Notes: generated by a model not told the origin, from the sequence alone. Shown: positions 1 through 10,981, numbered from the stretch's first letter. The stretch is 60,390 nt of DNA from an uncultured Clostridia bacterium (GCA_947629625.1 CANRES010000003.1:1-60390), one strand, 5' to 3'. Numbers and translations: made by a program.

Positions 1-1089
1 GAATTAACATTAAAAATACAAACACAATTTGGAATATTAGATAATACAGAAGGAAAAGAAAATCAAACAATAACAGGTGGAGAGTCTAAATATAATAATC
101 CAATAATACCAGTGGGATTTAAAACATCAAATGAAGGGGCAAGTTGGAAATCAAGTGACGGAAAAACAGTAGATGGATGGAATAGTGGTCTTGTAATTGA
201 GGATAAAGATGGAAATCAATTTGTGTGGGTACCAACACAAAAATTAGGTGGAGGAAATGGAGATTTAGTAGAGTATACAAAAACATTAGGACCAGCAACT
301 GCTGCTGAAGAATTAACATCGGAAATTTTAAATCAACTAAAAGAAGATTTACCTGCTGGAATAGACGAAGAAAAACAAATAGGATACGGAGGATTTTATA
401 TCGCAAGATATGAAGCAGGAATGCCAGAAAGTATGGTAGATATGGAACAAGATTTGTTAAATTCAACAACAGAACCTGAAAATTCACGAGAAGCAATGGC
501 CAAATTAAGAAATGTAACAGGAGTACCAGTAAGTAAGAAAAATCAGGTGCCATGGAATAATATAGACTATACACAAACAAAAGAAAATGCAGAGAGTATG
601 TATGAAGATAGTAAATATGTAAAAAGTGGATTATTAACAGGAAAAATGTGGGATACAACATTACAATGGTTATTAAAAACAGGAGCAGTAACAGATGATA
701 AAGAATTAAATGAAGATAGTTCAAGTTGGGGAAATTATAGAGCATCAACAATATTAGGGGTAACATCATATTCAAGATATGCTGAATGGAAGACAGGCTT
801 ACATTGGGAAGATAAAATAAGTACAAAGTTAGGTGGAACAGCAGATGAATATGCGTGGTTATTAAAAACAGGAAATACAGAATATACAAAAAGAAACAAT
901 ATATATGATATAGCAGGAAACTTATTTGAGTGGACTTATGAAGAAGACAGCACTCAATCTAACCGTACTATTCGCGGTGGACATTACGGAAATTACAAAC
1001 AATTTATGCTAGCGTCAAATCGAATCCAATTAAGCGATACTCATATAGGTTATGACATCGGCTTCCGTGTTGCACTTTATATTTTATAA
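1..1089 (+). CDS. FGE-sulfatase (SUMF1/DUF323)-domain protein, 5'-partial (frame is open from base 1)
   Basis: Frame 1 has no stop from position 1. C-terminal motifs IAGNLFEWT, RGGHYGN and IGFRVA are typical of the formylglycine-generating-enzyme fold. Confidence 0.6.
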   Translation, partial: ELTLKIQTQFGILDNTEGKENQTITGGESKYNNPIIPVGFKTSNEGASWKSSDGKTVDGWNSGLVIEDKDGNQFVWVPTQKLGGGNGDLVEYTKTLGPATAAEELTSEILNQLKEDLPAGIDEEKQIGYGGFYIARYEAGMPESMVDMEQDLLNSTTEPENSREAMAKLRNVTGVPVSKKNQVPWNNIDYTQTKENAESMYEDSKYVKSGLLTGKMWDTTLQWLLKTGAVTDDKELNEDSSSWGNYRASTILGVTSYSRYAEWKTGLHWEDKISTKLGGTADEYAWLLKTGNTEYTKRNNIYDIAGNLFEWTYEEDSTQSNRTIRGGHYGNYKQFMLASNRIQLSDTHIGYDIGFRVALYIL

Positions 1090-1267
1090 TGGAGTTTTTG
1101 ATTTAAGTATATTACAAGTATAACAAAAATTGAGGAGAATATAAAAAATTTGAGCTTGTCAAGATTAGTGTGTAAATTTTGTGTAATTTAAAAAAACATT
1201 AAATGTTACTTTTTTAAAATTTCTGCATATAATAAATATATATTTATTTATTATAGGAGGAAATTTT

Positions 1268-3115
1268 ATGTGTGGTTATGTTGGTTTTTGTAATATTACA
1301 AGAAACATTTCTAGTGATATACATACTTTGCAAAAAATGACTCAAACTTTGCAAAAGCGTGGACCTGATGAAGAAGATTTTTATATAAATAAACATGCAA
1401 TGTTAGGACATCGTAGATTAATAATAATAGATGCAGAAAATGGAAAACAACCCATGAGTGTTAAATTAGGAGATACAACCTATACAATTGTATATAATGG
1501 GCAATTATACAATGCAAAAGAATTAAGGGAAGAACTTGAACAAGCAGGTTATGATTTTTTCGGTTATTGTGATACAGAAGTTGTTCTAAAAGCATATATA
1601 CATTTTGGAACTGATGTATTAAAAAGATTAAATGGAATATTTAGTTTTGCAATTTGGAATGATGTTAAAAATGAATTAATTTTAGTTAGAGATCATTTTG
1701 GTATAAAACCTTTATTTTATACAATAAATGATAATAGTATTATTTTTGCATCTGAAATAAAAGGAATATTAGCACATCCTAATATTGTTCCAAAAATAAA
1801 TTCACAAGGAATTGCAGAATTATTTGGTTTAGGACCTTGTCATACTCCGGGTATTACTGCATTTAAAGATATTTATGAATTAAAACCTGCTCATTATTTA
1901 ATATATAATAAAAATGGAGTATTTATAGAAGAATATTGGAAATTAAAGAGTAAACCTCATACAGATAGTTTTGGTACTACATGTAATAAAGTACATTTTT
2001 TATTAGAAGATTCAATTCAAAAGCAATTAGTATCTGATGTGCCATTATGTGCTATGCTTTCAGGTGGACTTGATTCTAGTATAATTACTGCTTATGCAAG
2101 TAATTATTATAAACAAAATAATCTTCCACCATTAGAAACCTTTTCAGTAGATTATGTTGATAATGATAAAAACTTTGTAAAAAGTGATTTTCAACCTAAT
2201 TCTGATAACTATTATATAAATATAATGGTAGATAAATTTAAAACAAATCATCATAATATTGTAATAGATACACCTGAACTTGCAGATGCATTAGAAGATG
2301 CAATGATAGCAAGAGATTATCCGGGTATGGCAGATGTTGATTCTTCAATGTTACTATTTTGTAAAAATATAAAAAAAGAAGCAACTGTTTGTTTATCTGG
2401 TGAGTGTTCTGATGAAATCTTTGCAGGTTACCCTTGGTTTTTTAGAGAAGATGCTTTAAATAGTAATACATTTCCTTGGTCTATTGCTATTAAAGAACGA
2501 CAAGATTTATTAAATAAAGATATTGCAAGTAAGGTTAATTTAAAAGAATACATTGATTATAGATACAATGAAAGTTTAAAAAATGTAGAAATATTAGATG
2601 TAGATTCGCCTGAAACTGCCGAAAAAAGAAAAATATCTTATTTAACAACTAGATGGTTTATGCAAACATTATTAGATAGGTCAGATAGAATGGCTATGTA
2701 TAATGGATTAGAACTTCGTGTTCCATTTTGTGATTATAGAATTGTGGAATATTTATGGAATGTACCATGGGATATTAAAGCATTAAATGGTAGAGAAAAG
2801 GGATTATTAAGATATGTTGTTCGTAAAATGTTACCAGAAGAAATTGTAAATAGAAAGAAAAGTCCTTATCCTAAAACACATAATCCAACGTATCTTGATA
2901 AGGTAAAAGCAATGTTACAAGAAATTATGAATAATAAAGATGCACCTATTAATAATCTTTTAGATAGAAATTATATTTTAGATATTTTAAATACTGATGG
3001 TAGAGCATTTACTAGACCTTGGTTTGGTCAATTAATGACAGGACCTCAACTTATGGCATATCTTTGCCAAGTAAATATGTGGCTTGAAAAGTATAAGCCT
3101 GAAATTGAAATCTAA
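1268..3115 (+). CDS. asnB: asparagine synthase (glutamine-hydrolysing)
   Basis: N-terminal MCGYVGF (Cys2 nucleophile), SGGLDSS PP-loop, 615 aa, AGGAGG RBS. Confidence 0.93.
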   Translation: MCGYVGFCNITRNISSDIHTLQKMTQTLQKRGPDEEDFYINKHAMLGHRRLIIIDAENGKQPMSVKLGDTTYTIVYNGQLYNAKELREELEQAGYDFFGYCDTEVVLKAYIHFGTDVLKRLNGIFSFAIWNDVKNELILVRDHFGIKPLFYTINDNSIIFASEIKGILAHPNIVPKINSQGIAELFGLGPCHTPGITAFKDIYELKPAHYLIYNKNGVFIEEYWKLKSKPHTDSFGTTCNKVHFLLEDSIQKQLVSDVPLCAMLSGGLDSSIITAYASNYYKQNNLPPLETFSVDYVDNDKNFVKSDFQPNSDNYYINIMVDKFKTNHHNIVIDTPELADALEDAMIARDYPGMADVDSSMLLFCKNIKKEATVCLSGECSDEIFAGYPWFFREDALNSNTFPWSIAIKERQDLLNKDIASKVNLKEYIDYRYNESLKNVEILDVDSPETAEKRKISYLTTRWFMQTLLDRSDRMAMYNGLELRVPFCDYRIVEYLWNVPWDIKALNGREKGLLRYVVRKMLPEEIVNRKKSPYPKTHNPTYLDKVKAMLQEIMNNKDAPINNLLDRNYILDILNTDGRAFTRPWFGQLMTGPQLMAYLCQVNMWLEKYKPEIEI

Positions 3116-3186
3116 AAATGGGGTTGCAATTCGCCGCACGTTGGGGACGTAAAAAATGTGCATTACTTTTTTTTTATATTGTAAAC

Positions 3187-3215
3187 TTGAAAATTATGTT
3201 AATATATGATATAAT
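3187..3215 (+). promoter_or_regulatory. sigma-A type promoter (TTGAAA-17-TGaTATAAT)
   Basis: -35 TTGAAA at 3187-3192, 17-nt spacer, extended -10 TGATATAAT ending at 3215. Resembles the promoter at 36020-36048. Confidence 0.55.
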
Positions 3216-3327
3216 ATTTAGCATAACAAATGTTAAATTAAAATCCTTTAAAATATTCTAGTAGGTCAGGCTAGAATTTCACATAAAAAAATTACTACTC
3301 TTTATTAAGAGAAAGGATGAGTGCATT

Positions 3328-3792
3328 ATGTTAGTAATAGGAATTGGAATGGTTATTTTAATTTTTATGATTTATGTATCTGTGAAGAACAAACACTATG
3401 ATGACATAATATTAATACTTCTAACTTGTATAGGTTTGACAATACTTATATTATGTATTGTTCCATCTGGTGATTATGGTGAATGGACACAGGAAAGAAC
3501 AATTATTTTAACAGAATTAGAAGAAAATTCTGATGAGGTTAAATATGTAAAAGATTTACCAAATGAAGTTATATTTAACTATGAATCAGAATCAAAAATT
3601 ACTAAAACAGAAAATAGGTTAGTTGAAATAATTGAAACAGATGGTGAAGAAGCATATATGCTTATAGAAACTAGACAAGGAAAAGCACAAATATTATTAA
3701 CCTTTACTCCAAAACCTATGCAAACAAAGTATGTTTTTTATGTACCTAAGGGTACAGTAATTGACAAAAATATTGAAGAATTTGAATTATAA
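3328..3792 (+). CDS. hypothetical 2-TM membrane protein (paralog of 36188-36625)
   Basis: Two N-terminal hydrophobic helices, acidic C-terminal domain ending YVFYVPKGT (compare YEIHVPAGT in the paralog). Confidence 0.6.
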   Translation: MLVIGIGMVILIFMIYVSVKNKHYDDIILILLTCIGLTILILCIVPSGDYGEWTQERTIILTELEENSDEVKYVKDLPNEVIFNYESESKITKTENRLVEIIETDGEEAYMLIETRQGKAQILLTFTPKPMQTKYVFYVPKGTVIDKNIEEFEL

Positions 3793-3808
3793 CTGTTTAA
3801 ATCTGACC

Positions 3809-3855
3809 AAAACCTACTAAAAAAGTGTAAAAACTTTTAGTAGGTTTTTCTTTTA
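3809..3855 (+). terminator. rho-independent terminator
   Basis: 14-bp stem AAAACCTACTAAAA/TTTTAGTAGGTTTT followed by a T-rich tail. Confidence 0.7.
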
Positions 3856-3953
3856 AAAAAAATAAAACTTTTTGTTGAAAAAGTGTTTACATTTGTAAAA
3901 AAATTGTATAAAATATAGAAAACCAAAGAATAAATGAAGGAGGCTTTTTGAAA

Positions 3954-5246
3954 ATGAAAATATTAATGTTAACGTGGGAATATCCACCAAGAATAGTTGG
4001 AGGGATAGCAAGAGTAGTTAACGACTTATCAAAAAGACTTATAAAAGATGGACATGAAGTCACAGTTATAACATATAAAGAAGGAGACGCATTAGAATTT
4101 GAAGACGACAAAGGAGTTAAAGTTTATAGAGTAAATAACTATATGATTAACCCAAACAATTTTATAGACTGGGTAATGCAATTAAACTTTAATATGGTAG
4201 CAAAAGCAAATGAAATAATTGCAAAAGAAGGGCAATTTGATGTTATACATGCACATGATTGGTTAGTTGCTTATGCTGCAAAAACATTAAAAAACTCTTA
4301 TGATATACCAATAGTATCTACAATACACGCAACAGAAAGTGGAAGAAATAGTGGAATACATGACGAAACACAAAGATATATAAATGATACTGAATGGTTA
4401 CTAACTTATGAGTCTAATGAAGTAATAGTAAATAGCAATTTTATGAAATGCGAATTACAAAGATTATTTGGACTACCATTTGAAAAAATAAATGTAGTAC
4501 CAAATGGAATAAACTTAACAAATTTTAGTGGAGTAGAAAAAGATTACGAATTTAGAAGACAATATGCAAGAGATAATGAAAAAATAATTCTATATACAGG
4601 AAGATTAGTTTATGAAAAAGGAATACAACATTTAATATCTGCAATGCCAAAAATTCTATCAGGTTATAATGATTCAAAATTAATTATAGCAGGAAAAGGT
4701 GGAATGTTAGACGAACTAAGAGAACAAGTAAATAGAATGGGAATTTCAAATAAAGTTTATTTTACAGGTTACTTAGACTCTAAAAAATTATTAAAAATGT
4801 ATAAATGTGCAGATATATCAGTATTTCCTAGCACTTATGAACCATTTGGAATAGTTGCATTAGAAGCAATGCTTGCAGGTGTACCAACAGTAGTATCTGA
4901 TGTTGGAGGACTTAACGAAGTTGTTGAACATGGTGTAAATGGAATGAAATGTTATGCAGGTAATGCAAATTCAATAGCAGACTCTGTTTTAACACTATTA
5001 TATGACCATCAATTATGCGATAACATTGTAAAAAATGCTAAGGCAAAAGTTAAAGAAGAATATAACTGGGGTAAAATTGCACAAGACATACATTTTACAT
5101 ACCAAAAAGCAATATGTCAAACAATGGCACAAAGACAGGCAAATCAAATTGCACAAGAAAATGCAAAAAAAGCAAAGAAAGCAAAAAATACAGAAAACGA
5201 ATTATCAAATCTATTATCATTCAAAAAAAGACAAGCTTATGCTTAA
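3954..5246 (+). CDS. GT4-family glycosyltransferase
   Basis: MKILMLTWEYPPRIVGGIA N-terminus, EPFGIVALEAMLAGVP (E-x7-E) motif. ATG at 3954 sits 10 nt after AGGAGG. Confidence 0.85.
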   Translation: MKILMLTWEYPPRIVGGIARVVNDLSKRLIKDGHEVTVITYKEGDALEFEDDKGVKVYRVNNYMINPNNFIDWVMQLNFNMVAKANEIIAKEGQFDVIHAHDWLVAYAAKTLKNSYDIPIVSTIHATESGRNSGIHDETQRYINDTEWLLTYESNEVIVNSNFMKCELQRLFGLPFEKINVVPNGINLTNFSGVEKDYEFRRQYARDNEKIILYTGRLVYEKGIQHLISAMPKILSGYNDSKLIIAGKGGMLDELREQVNRMGISNKVYFTGYLDSKKLLKMYKCADISVFPSTYEPFGIVALEAMLAGVPTVVSDVGGLNEVVEHGVNGMKCYAGNANSIADSVLTLLYDHQLCDNIVKNAKAKVKEEYNWGKIAQDIHFTYQKAICQTMAQRQANQIAQENAKKAKKAKNTENELSNLLSFKKRQAYA

Positions 5247-5279
5247 ATTAATTTATTAACATAAAGGAGTATAAAAAAT

Positions 5280-5615
5280 ATGAACGTATATGATACTGCA
5301 AACAAATTAGCGTATGAAATTAAAAATTCAACAGAATATCTTGAATATAAAAAAATAAAAACAGAAATAGCAAATAATCTTGAATTAAAAGAAAAACTAG
5401 ATAATTTTGAAAAAATGAGATATGAAATTCAAGTACTTTCTATAAATGGTGAAGAACAAGATAATAAAAAAGCAGAAGAAATGCAAAAACTATACTTAGA
5501 ATTAATACAAATAGAACAGGTAAAAAAATATTTTGATTTAGAACTAAAATTTAATGTTCTACTTGCAGATGTTAATAAAATAATTGGTGAAGCTATACAA
5601 GATGTTATAGCCTAA
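5280..5615 (+). CDS. YlbF/YmcA-family regulatory protein
   Basis: 111-aa helical protein with the typical N-terminal pattern (ANKLAYEIKNSTEY..YKK). Confidence 0.6.
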   Translation: MNVYDTANKLAYEIKNSTEYLEYKKIKTEIANNLELKEKLDNFEKMRYEIQVLSINGEEQDNKKAEEMQKLYLELIQIEQVKKYFDLELKFNVLLADVNKIIGEAIQDVIA

Positions 5616-5675
5616 AATTTAATTCGCTTATATTTATAATATAAGCGTTTATTATTCTCGAAAGGAAAATTATAA

Positions 5676-6371
5676 ATGTTAGAATATATAATTATTATTT
5701 GTTTATTAATAGTTGTTTTAGCAATTCTATATTTTATACTTGAAATAAATTTTAAAAAAGTTAAAGAATATGTAGAAAATAAAAAATTAAAAGAAATAGC
5801 AGATAAATTTCCAGATAATATAAATATTTGTAAAACAATTTTGAAGGATTTAAATAATGAAAATGTAAAAATTGAAGAAGATAAAGAAGGAAAAACAAGT
5901 CTATATCTTGTTACATCAAATAAAATAATTATAGCAAGTAACAAAGATATTTTTACAAGAATACAAACAATAGCGCATGAATGTTTACATTCAATACAAA
6001 GTAAAAAAATGTTATTATTCAATTATATATATTCAAACTTGTACATAATATATTTTATATTAATTTCAATATTAACAATATTTAAAATTGTAAATAACTA
6101 TATGTTACAAGTAGAAATTCTAACAATACTTGGGCTTGTATATTTTTTTATAAGAAGTGCATTAGAATATGATGCAATGATAAAAGCAAGATATTTAGCA
6201 AAAGAATATATGGAAAAATGTAATGTATGTACAAAAGAAGAAATTGGAGAAATAATAGATGGATATGATACTATAAATAATATTGGAATTAAAGGTTCAA
6301 ATTTAAGTTTATTATGTAGTGTAATAATAAAAATTATAATTTATTGTGTTATTTGTATTATTATGATATAG
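5676..6371 (+). CDS. membrane protein with HExxH zinc-metallopeptidase motif
   Basis: N-terminal TM, IAHECLHS (HExxH), several C-terminal TM segments. Confidence 0.5.
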   Translation: MLEYIIIICLLIVVLAILYFILEINFKKVKEYVENKKLKEIADKFPDNINICKTILKDLNNENVKIEEDKEGKTSLYLVTSNKIIIASNKDIFTRIQTIAHECLHSIQSKKMLLFNYIYSNLYIIYFILISILTIFKIVNNYMLQVEILTILGLVYFFIRSALEYDAMIKARYLAKEYMEKCNVCTKEEIGEIIDGYDTINNIGIKGSNLSLLCSVIIKIIIYCVICIIMI

Positions 6372-6400
6372 TATGAAAAGTAAAAAATAAGGAGAGATTG

Positions 6401-8083
6401 ATGAACAAAAAGTGGGAATATTATAATGCAGATGAAGAAAAAATTAACGAAATATCTGAAAAATTTAATATAGATAAACTAATTGCTAGAATTTTAGTAA
6501 ATAGAGGCATTACAGAAGATAAAAAAATATCAGTTTTTTTAGAGCCTAACAGAAATAATTTTTATGACCCATATTTATTAAATGATATGGAAATAGCAGT
6601 TAATAGAATATTAAAGGCAATGGAAAATAAAGAAAAAATAATAATATATGGAGATTATGATGTAGATGGAATAACAAGTACAACAGTATTAAAAAAATTC
6701 TTAGAAGAAAGAGGAATGGAAATTGGTTACTATATTCCAAATAGATTAAATGAAGGATATGGTTTAAATAAAGATGCTATTGATAAAATTAGTAATAATG
6801 AATATAATTTATTAATTACAGTAGACTGTGGAATATCTGGAATAGAAGAAGTTGAATACTTAAAAAGTAAGAACATAGAAGTTATAATAACAGACCACCA
6901 TGAACCATTAGAAAAACTACCAAATGCACTAGCAGTTATTGACCCAAAAAGAAAAGATAATAAATATCCATTTAATCAACTAGCAGGTGTAGGTGTTGTA
7001 TTTAAGTTAATACAAGCACTTAGTATAAAATTAAATTTAGAAGAAAAAGAGTATTTAAAATATTTAGATTTAGTATGTGTTGGAACTATTTCTGATATTG
7101 TACCATTAATAGACGAAAATAGAGTTATAGCAAAATTAGGTTTAAAATTAGTTAATGTAACAAAAAATATAGGATTAAAATCTTTATTAAATTCTTCTGG
7201 ATTTAAAAAGATAGATGCAAACACAATTTCCTTTGGAATAGCACCAAGAATTAATGCTTGTGGAAGAATGGGACATGAAGAAGAAGCAATTGAATTATTG
7301 TTATCTAATAATTATGTTAGAGTACAGACACTTACAAATAATTTAAATGAATATAATAAAAAAAGGCAAGATACAGAAAAAAGTATTTTTGAAGAAGCAA
7401 TTGAAAAAATGGATAATGAAGAAAATAATTCTGTAATAGTATTAGGAAGTGAAAATTGGCATCATGGAGTAATTGGAATTGTTGCATCAAAGATTACAGA
7501 ATTATATTATAAACCAACAATATTATTGTGTTTTGAAGATGATATAGCAAAAGGTTCAGGAAGAAGTATACAAGGATTTGATTTACACAATGCATTATGC
7601 TTATGTAGTGATTACTTAGAAAAATATGGCGGACACGAAATGGCAATTGGGCTAAGTTTAAAAAAGGAAAATTTTGAAGGCTTTAAAAATAAAATGCAAG
7701 AAATTGCAAATGAATATAAAGTTAATGAAATTACACCAATAATATATATAGATAGTCAAATTTCTAATAAAAATATTAATATAGAATTTATTAAGCAATT
7801 AAAATTACTAGAACCTTTTGGGGAAGGAAATAAAGTACCATTATTTATATACAAAAATTTAAAAATAGATTCAATAAGAACATTAACAGAAGGTAAACAT
7901 CTAAAATTAACATTAAAAGACGAAAATACAATTATAGATGGTATAGGGTTTAATATGGGAAATATTGCTGACGATTATTTAATTGGAGATAGAATAGATG
8001 TTATTGGATATATTGAAGTAAATACTTTTAATGGTTATGATAATATTCAAATAAATATAAAAGATATAATGAAATCAATATAA
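6401..8083 (+). CDS. recJ: single-stranded-DNA-specific exonuclease RecJ
   Basis: DHH-family motifs GDYDVDGITS and ITDHHEP, plus a DHHA1-like region. Confidence 0.92.
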   Translation: MNKKWEYYNADEEKINEISEKFNIDKLIARILVNRGITEDKKISVFLEPNRNNFYDPYLLNDMEIAVNRILKAMENKEKIIIYGDYDVDGITSTTVLKKFLEERGMEIGYYIPNRLNEGYGLNKDAIDKISNNEYNLLITVDCGISGIEEVEYLKSKNIEVIITDHHEPLEKLPNALAVIDPKRKDNKYPFNQLAGVGVVFKLIQALSIKLNLEEKEYLKYLDLVCVGTISDIVPLIDENRVIAKLGLKLVNVTKNIGLKSLLNSSGFKKIDANTISFGIAPRINACGRMGHEEEAIELLLSNNYVRVQTLTNNLNEYNKKRQDTEKSIFEEAIEKMDNEENNSVIVLGSENWHHGVIGIVASKITELYYKPTILLCFEDDIAKGSGRSIQGFDLHNALCLCSDYLEKYGGHEMAIGLSLKKENFEGFKNKMQEIANEYKVNEITPIIYIDSQISNKNINIEFIKQLKLLEPFGEGNKVPLFIYKNLKIDSIRTLTEGKHLKLTLKDENTIIDGIGFNMGNIADDYLIGDRIDVIGYIEVNTFNGYDNIQINIKDIMKSI

Positions 8084-8108
8084 CTTCATTATTGGAAGGA
8101 GAATGTAA

Positions 8109-10298
8109 ATGTCAGAGGTAAAACAAGTTGAAATTAATGATGTTATTGATATTGTAAAACAAAATAATAAAAATGCTAATGTTGATAAAATCTTGAAGGC
8201 TTATGAATTTGCAAAAAAAATGCACAGTTCACAATTTAGAAAATCTGGTGAGCCTTATATAATTCACCCTGTACAAGTAGCATATATATTAGCAACATTA
8301 GAACTAGACACATCAACTATTTGTGCCGCTTTATTACACGATGTTGTAGAAGATACTGAAATTACAAATAACGATTTAAAAAATACTTTTGGTGAAGAAA
8401 TTGCAGAAATGGTTGAAGGTGTTACAAAACTTAGTAAAATACAATTTTTTTCTTTAAAAGAACAACAAGTTGAAGATTATAGAAAAATGTTTCTTGCAAT
8501 GGGAAAGGACATTAGAGTAATACTTATAAAATTAGCAGATAGATTACACAATATGAGAACATTAAAATATTTAACAAGAGATAGACAAATTGCAATTTCG
8601 CAAGAAACTATGGATTTGTATGCTCCACTTGCAAATAGATTAGGTTTGTATTCTATTAAATGGGAATTAGAAGATTTAGCGTTTAAATATTTATTTCCAG
8701 AAGAATATAGAGAATTAGTAGAGGGAATAGATAAAAAAAGAGAAGAAAGATTATCTTTTATAAAAAAAATAATGGAAGAAATAAGGCAGGAACTAAAAAA
8801 TCAAAATATAGAAGCAGAAATTACAGGACGTGCAAAACATTTATATAGTATATATAGAAAAATGAAAAGAGATAATAAAACATTAGACCAAATATATGAT
8901 TTATTTGCTCTTAGAATTTTAGTAAATTCAGTAAAAGACTGTTATGCGGCATTAGGTGTAGTACATGAATTATATAATCCAATGCCGGGTAGATTTAAAG
9001 ATTATATTTCTGTTCCAAAAACTAATATGTATCAGTCATTACATACAACTTTAATAGGCCCAGAAGGAACACCATTTGAAGTTCAAATAAGAACATGGGA
9101 TATGCATAGAATTGCAGAATTTGGTATTGCGGCACATTGGGCGTATAAAGATGCTAACAAAGATAAAAAAACAACAGTAATAGTAAATGACGATAAATTA
9201 TCTTGGTTAAGAGAAACATTAGAATGGCAAAAAGATATGCAAGACCCAGAAGAATTTTTAAATACATTAAAAACAGAATTATTTGAAGATGAAGTTTATG
9301 TTTTTACTCCAAGAGGAGATATTAAGGTATTGCCAAAAGAAAGTACCCCAATTGACTTTGCATATAATATTCATGCAGAAATTGGAAATAAGATGTCAGG
9401 TTGCAAAATTAATAGTAAAATGATGCCAATTATTACACCATTACAAAATGGAGATATAGTTGAAATTATAACATCAGAACATCAAAAAGGACCTAGTAGA
9501 GATTGGTTAAAATTTGTTAAAAGTTCAAGTGCTAAAAATAAAATTCAACAATGGTTTAAAAGAGAACAAAGAAACGATAACATTATTAGAGGGAAAGAAC
9601 TTATTGAACATGAAATAAAAAGAATAGGAATGAATCAAACAGAACTATTTAAACAAGAATATGTTAATTCTGCTTTAAGTAGATATAAGTATAATAATAT
9701 GGACGATATGTATGCTTCTGTTGGTTTTGGGGCTATTTCTGCAGGTAAAGTTATTGCAAAAATGCTTGAAGAATATAGAAAAGACCACAATGAAGAAAAC
9801 ATAGAAGAAAAAATTGAAGAATTATCTAAACGTAAAAAATCTAATAATGTATCAAGCAATGGAGTTATAGTAAAGGGAATAGATAATTGTTTAGTAAAAT
9901 TATCTAAATGTTGTAATCCTGTTCCGGGAGATACTATTGTTGGTTATATTACAAAAGGTAGAGGAGTTTCAATTCATAGAATAGACTGTGTTAATGCAAA
10001 AGAGCTTTTTAATGAAAAAGGTAGAATGATAGATGTTGAATGGTATAAATCTGGAAAAAGTTCTTATAATGTTGATATTGAAATTTTTGCAAATGATAGA
10101 GATGGCCTTGTTGCTGATTTCTTAAACGTTATTAAAAATAGTAATAATACTCTTATTGCTATTAATGCTAGAACAAATAAAGAAAGAATTGCTATAACAA
10201 ATATTACATTAGAGGTAGAAAACTTAGAAGAATTAAATAATACTTTAAAGCAATTAAGAAAAGTTGATAGTGTTTATGAAGTAAAAAGGAAAAAGTAA
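8109..10298 (+). CDS. relA: bifunctional (p)ppGpp synthetase/hydrolase (RSH)
   Basis: HD motif LLHDVVEDT, synthetase motif RFKDYISVPK..YQSLHT, TGS and ACT-like C-terminus. Confidence 0.95.
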   Translation: MSEVKQVEINDVIDIVKQNNKNANVDKILKAYEFAKKMHSSQFRKSGEPYIIHPVQVAYILATLELDTSTICAALLHDVVEDTEITNNDLKNTFGEEIAEMVEGVTKLSKIQFFSLKEQQVEDYRKMFLAMGKDIRVILIKLADRLHNMRTLKYLTRDRQIAISQETMDLYAPLANRLGLYSIKWELEDLAFKYLFPEEYRELVEGIDKKREERLSFIKKIMEEIRQELKNQNIEAEITGRAKHLYSIYRKMKRDNKTLDQIYDLFALRILVNSVKDCYAALGVVHELYNPMPGRFKDYISVPKTNMYQSLHTTLIGPEGTPFEVQIRTWDMHRIAEFGIAAHWAYKDANKDKKTTVIVNDDKLSWLRETLEWQKDMQDPEEFLNTLKTELFEDEVYVFTPRGDIKVLPKESTPIDFAYNIHAEIGNKMSGCKINSKMMPIITPLQNGDIVEIITSEHQKGPSRDWLKFVKSSSAKNKIQQWFKREQRNDNIIRGKELIEHEIKRIGMNQTELFKQEYVNSALSRYKYNNMDDMYASVGFGAISAGKVIAKMLEEYRKDHNEENIEEKIEELSKRKKSNNVSSNGVIVKGIDNCLVKLSKCCNPVPGDTIVGYITKGRGVSIHRIDCVNAKELFNEKGRMIDVEWYKSGKSSYNVDIEIFANDRDGLVADFLNVIKNSNNTLIAINARTNKERIAITNITLEVENLEELNNTLKQLRKVDSVYEVKRKK

Positions 10299-10312
10299 AG
10301 GAAGTAATTCAA

Positions 10313-10981
10313 ATGATATTAAAAAGATTAAAATTAAATACAAATTTAGGAGAGCCTACAAATTGTTATATTATTGTAGATGAAGAAACAAAAGAAGCAA
10401 TGATTATTGACCCAGGTGCAGAGGCAGATAAAATTATTGATATGATTAATGTTTTAGAGGCAAAGGTTAAATATATTTATTTAACACATTGTCACGGAGA
10501 CCATATTGGCGCTTTAAAAGAGATAAAAGAAAAATTAGGAGGAAAAATATTAATTCATAGAATTGAAAGCAAAAATTTAAATAATCCTGAGGTTACTTTA
10601 AATTATTATATTGGTATGGAAGATATAGAATTAGAAGCGGATTCAAGAGTTGACGATAATGATATAATTCATGTTGGAAATATTGAATTTAAAGTAATTC
10701 ATACACCGGGACATACTAATGGCAGTACATCTTTATATTGTGATGAATATAAAATGTTATTTTCTGGTGATACAATGTTTAGAGGTACTTGGGGAAGAAC
10801 AGATTTACCAACAGGAAGCATGGTGGATATAATGGATTCTATTACAAGAAAATTATTAGTTTTACCACCTGATACAATTTGCTATCCGGGACATCGGAAA
10901 GTCAACTATGTTAAGAGAAGAAGCACCTATTTATTTAGAATTAAAACCAAGAGAAGATTAAAAATAAAAGCATACATTTAA
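10313..10981 (+). CDS. MBL-fold metallo-hydrolase; the 3' end is out of frame because of an extra C at 10895
   Basis: HCHGDHIG (HxHxDH). After PGH the ORF reads RKVNYVKRRS. Dropping C10895 gives GKSTMLREEAPIYLELKPRED with a stop at 10959-10961. Confidence 0.85.
   Translation: MILKRLKLNTNLGEPTNCYIIVDEETKEAMIIDPGAEADKIIDMINVLEAKVKYIYLTHCHGDHIGALKEIKEKLGGKILIHRIESKNLNNPEVTLNYYIGMEDIELEADSRVDDNDIIHVGNIEFKVIHTPGHTNGSTSLYCDEYKMLFSGDTMFRGTWGRTDLPTGSMVDIMDSITRKLLVLPPDTICYPGHRKVNYVKRRSTYLFRIKTKRRLKIKAYI

Noticed and set aside
119-889. Long antisense or alternate-frame ORFs inside real genes (for example 119-889, 5612-6022, 15688-16032, 16501-17037, 30382-30762, 36889-37230, 54491-54814, 56651-57058, 59381-59752).
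   Set aside because: They overlap genes with clear family motifs, have Leu/Ile/Phe/Tyr-rich low-complexity translations and lack an RBS. They look like compositional artefacts of an AT-rich genome.
3113-3152. GC-rich string after asnB (AAAAATGGGGTTGCAATTCGCCGCACGTTGGGGACG) as a fourth member of the 42-kb iteron family, or as an RNA gene.
   Set aside because: Similarity to copy B (42156-42205) is patchy and needs several gaps, and no convincing helix is formed. It may be part of a weak asnB terminator region. It is noted but not supportable.
5035-5259. 74-aa Lys-rich ORF nested in the 3' end of the GT4 gene.
   Set aside because: It is an alternate frame of a well-supported gene, has no RBS and is low-complexity basic sequence.
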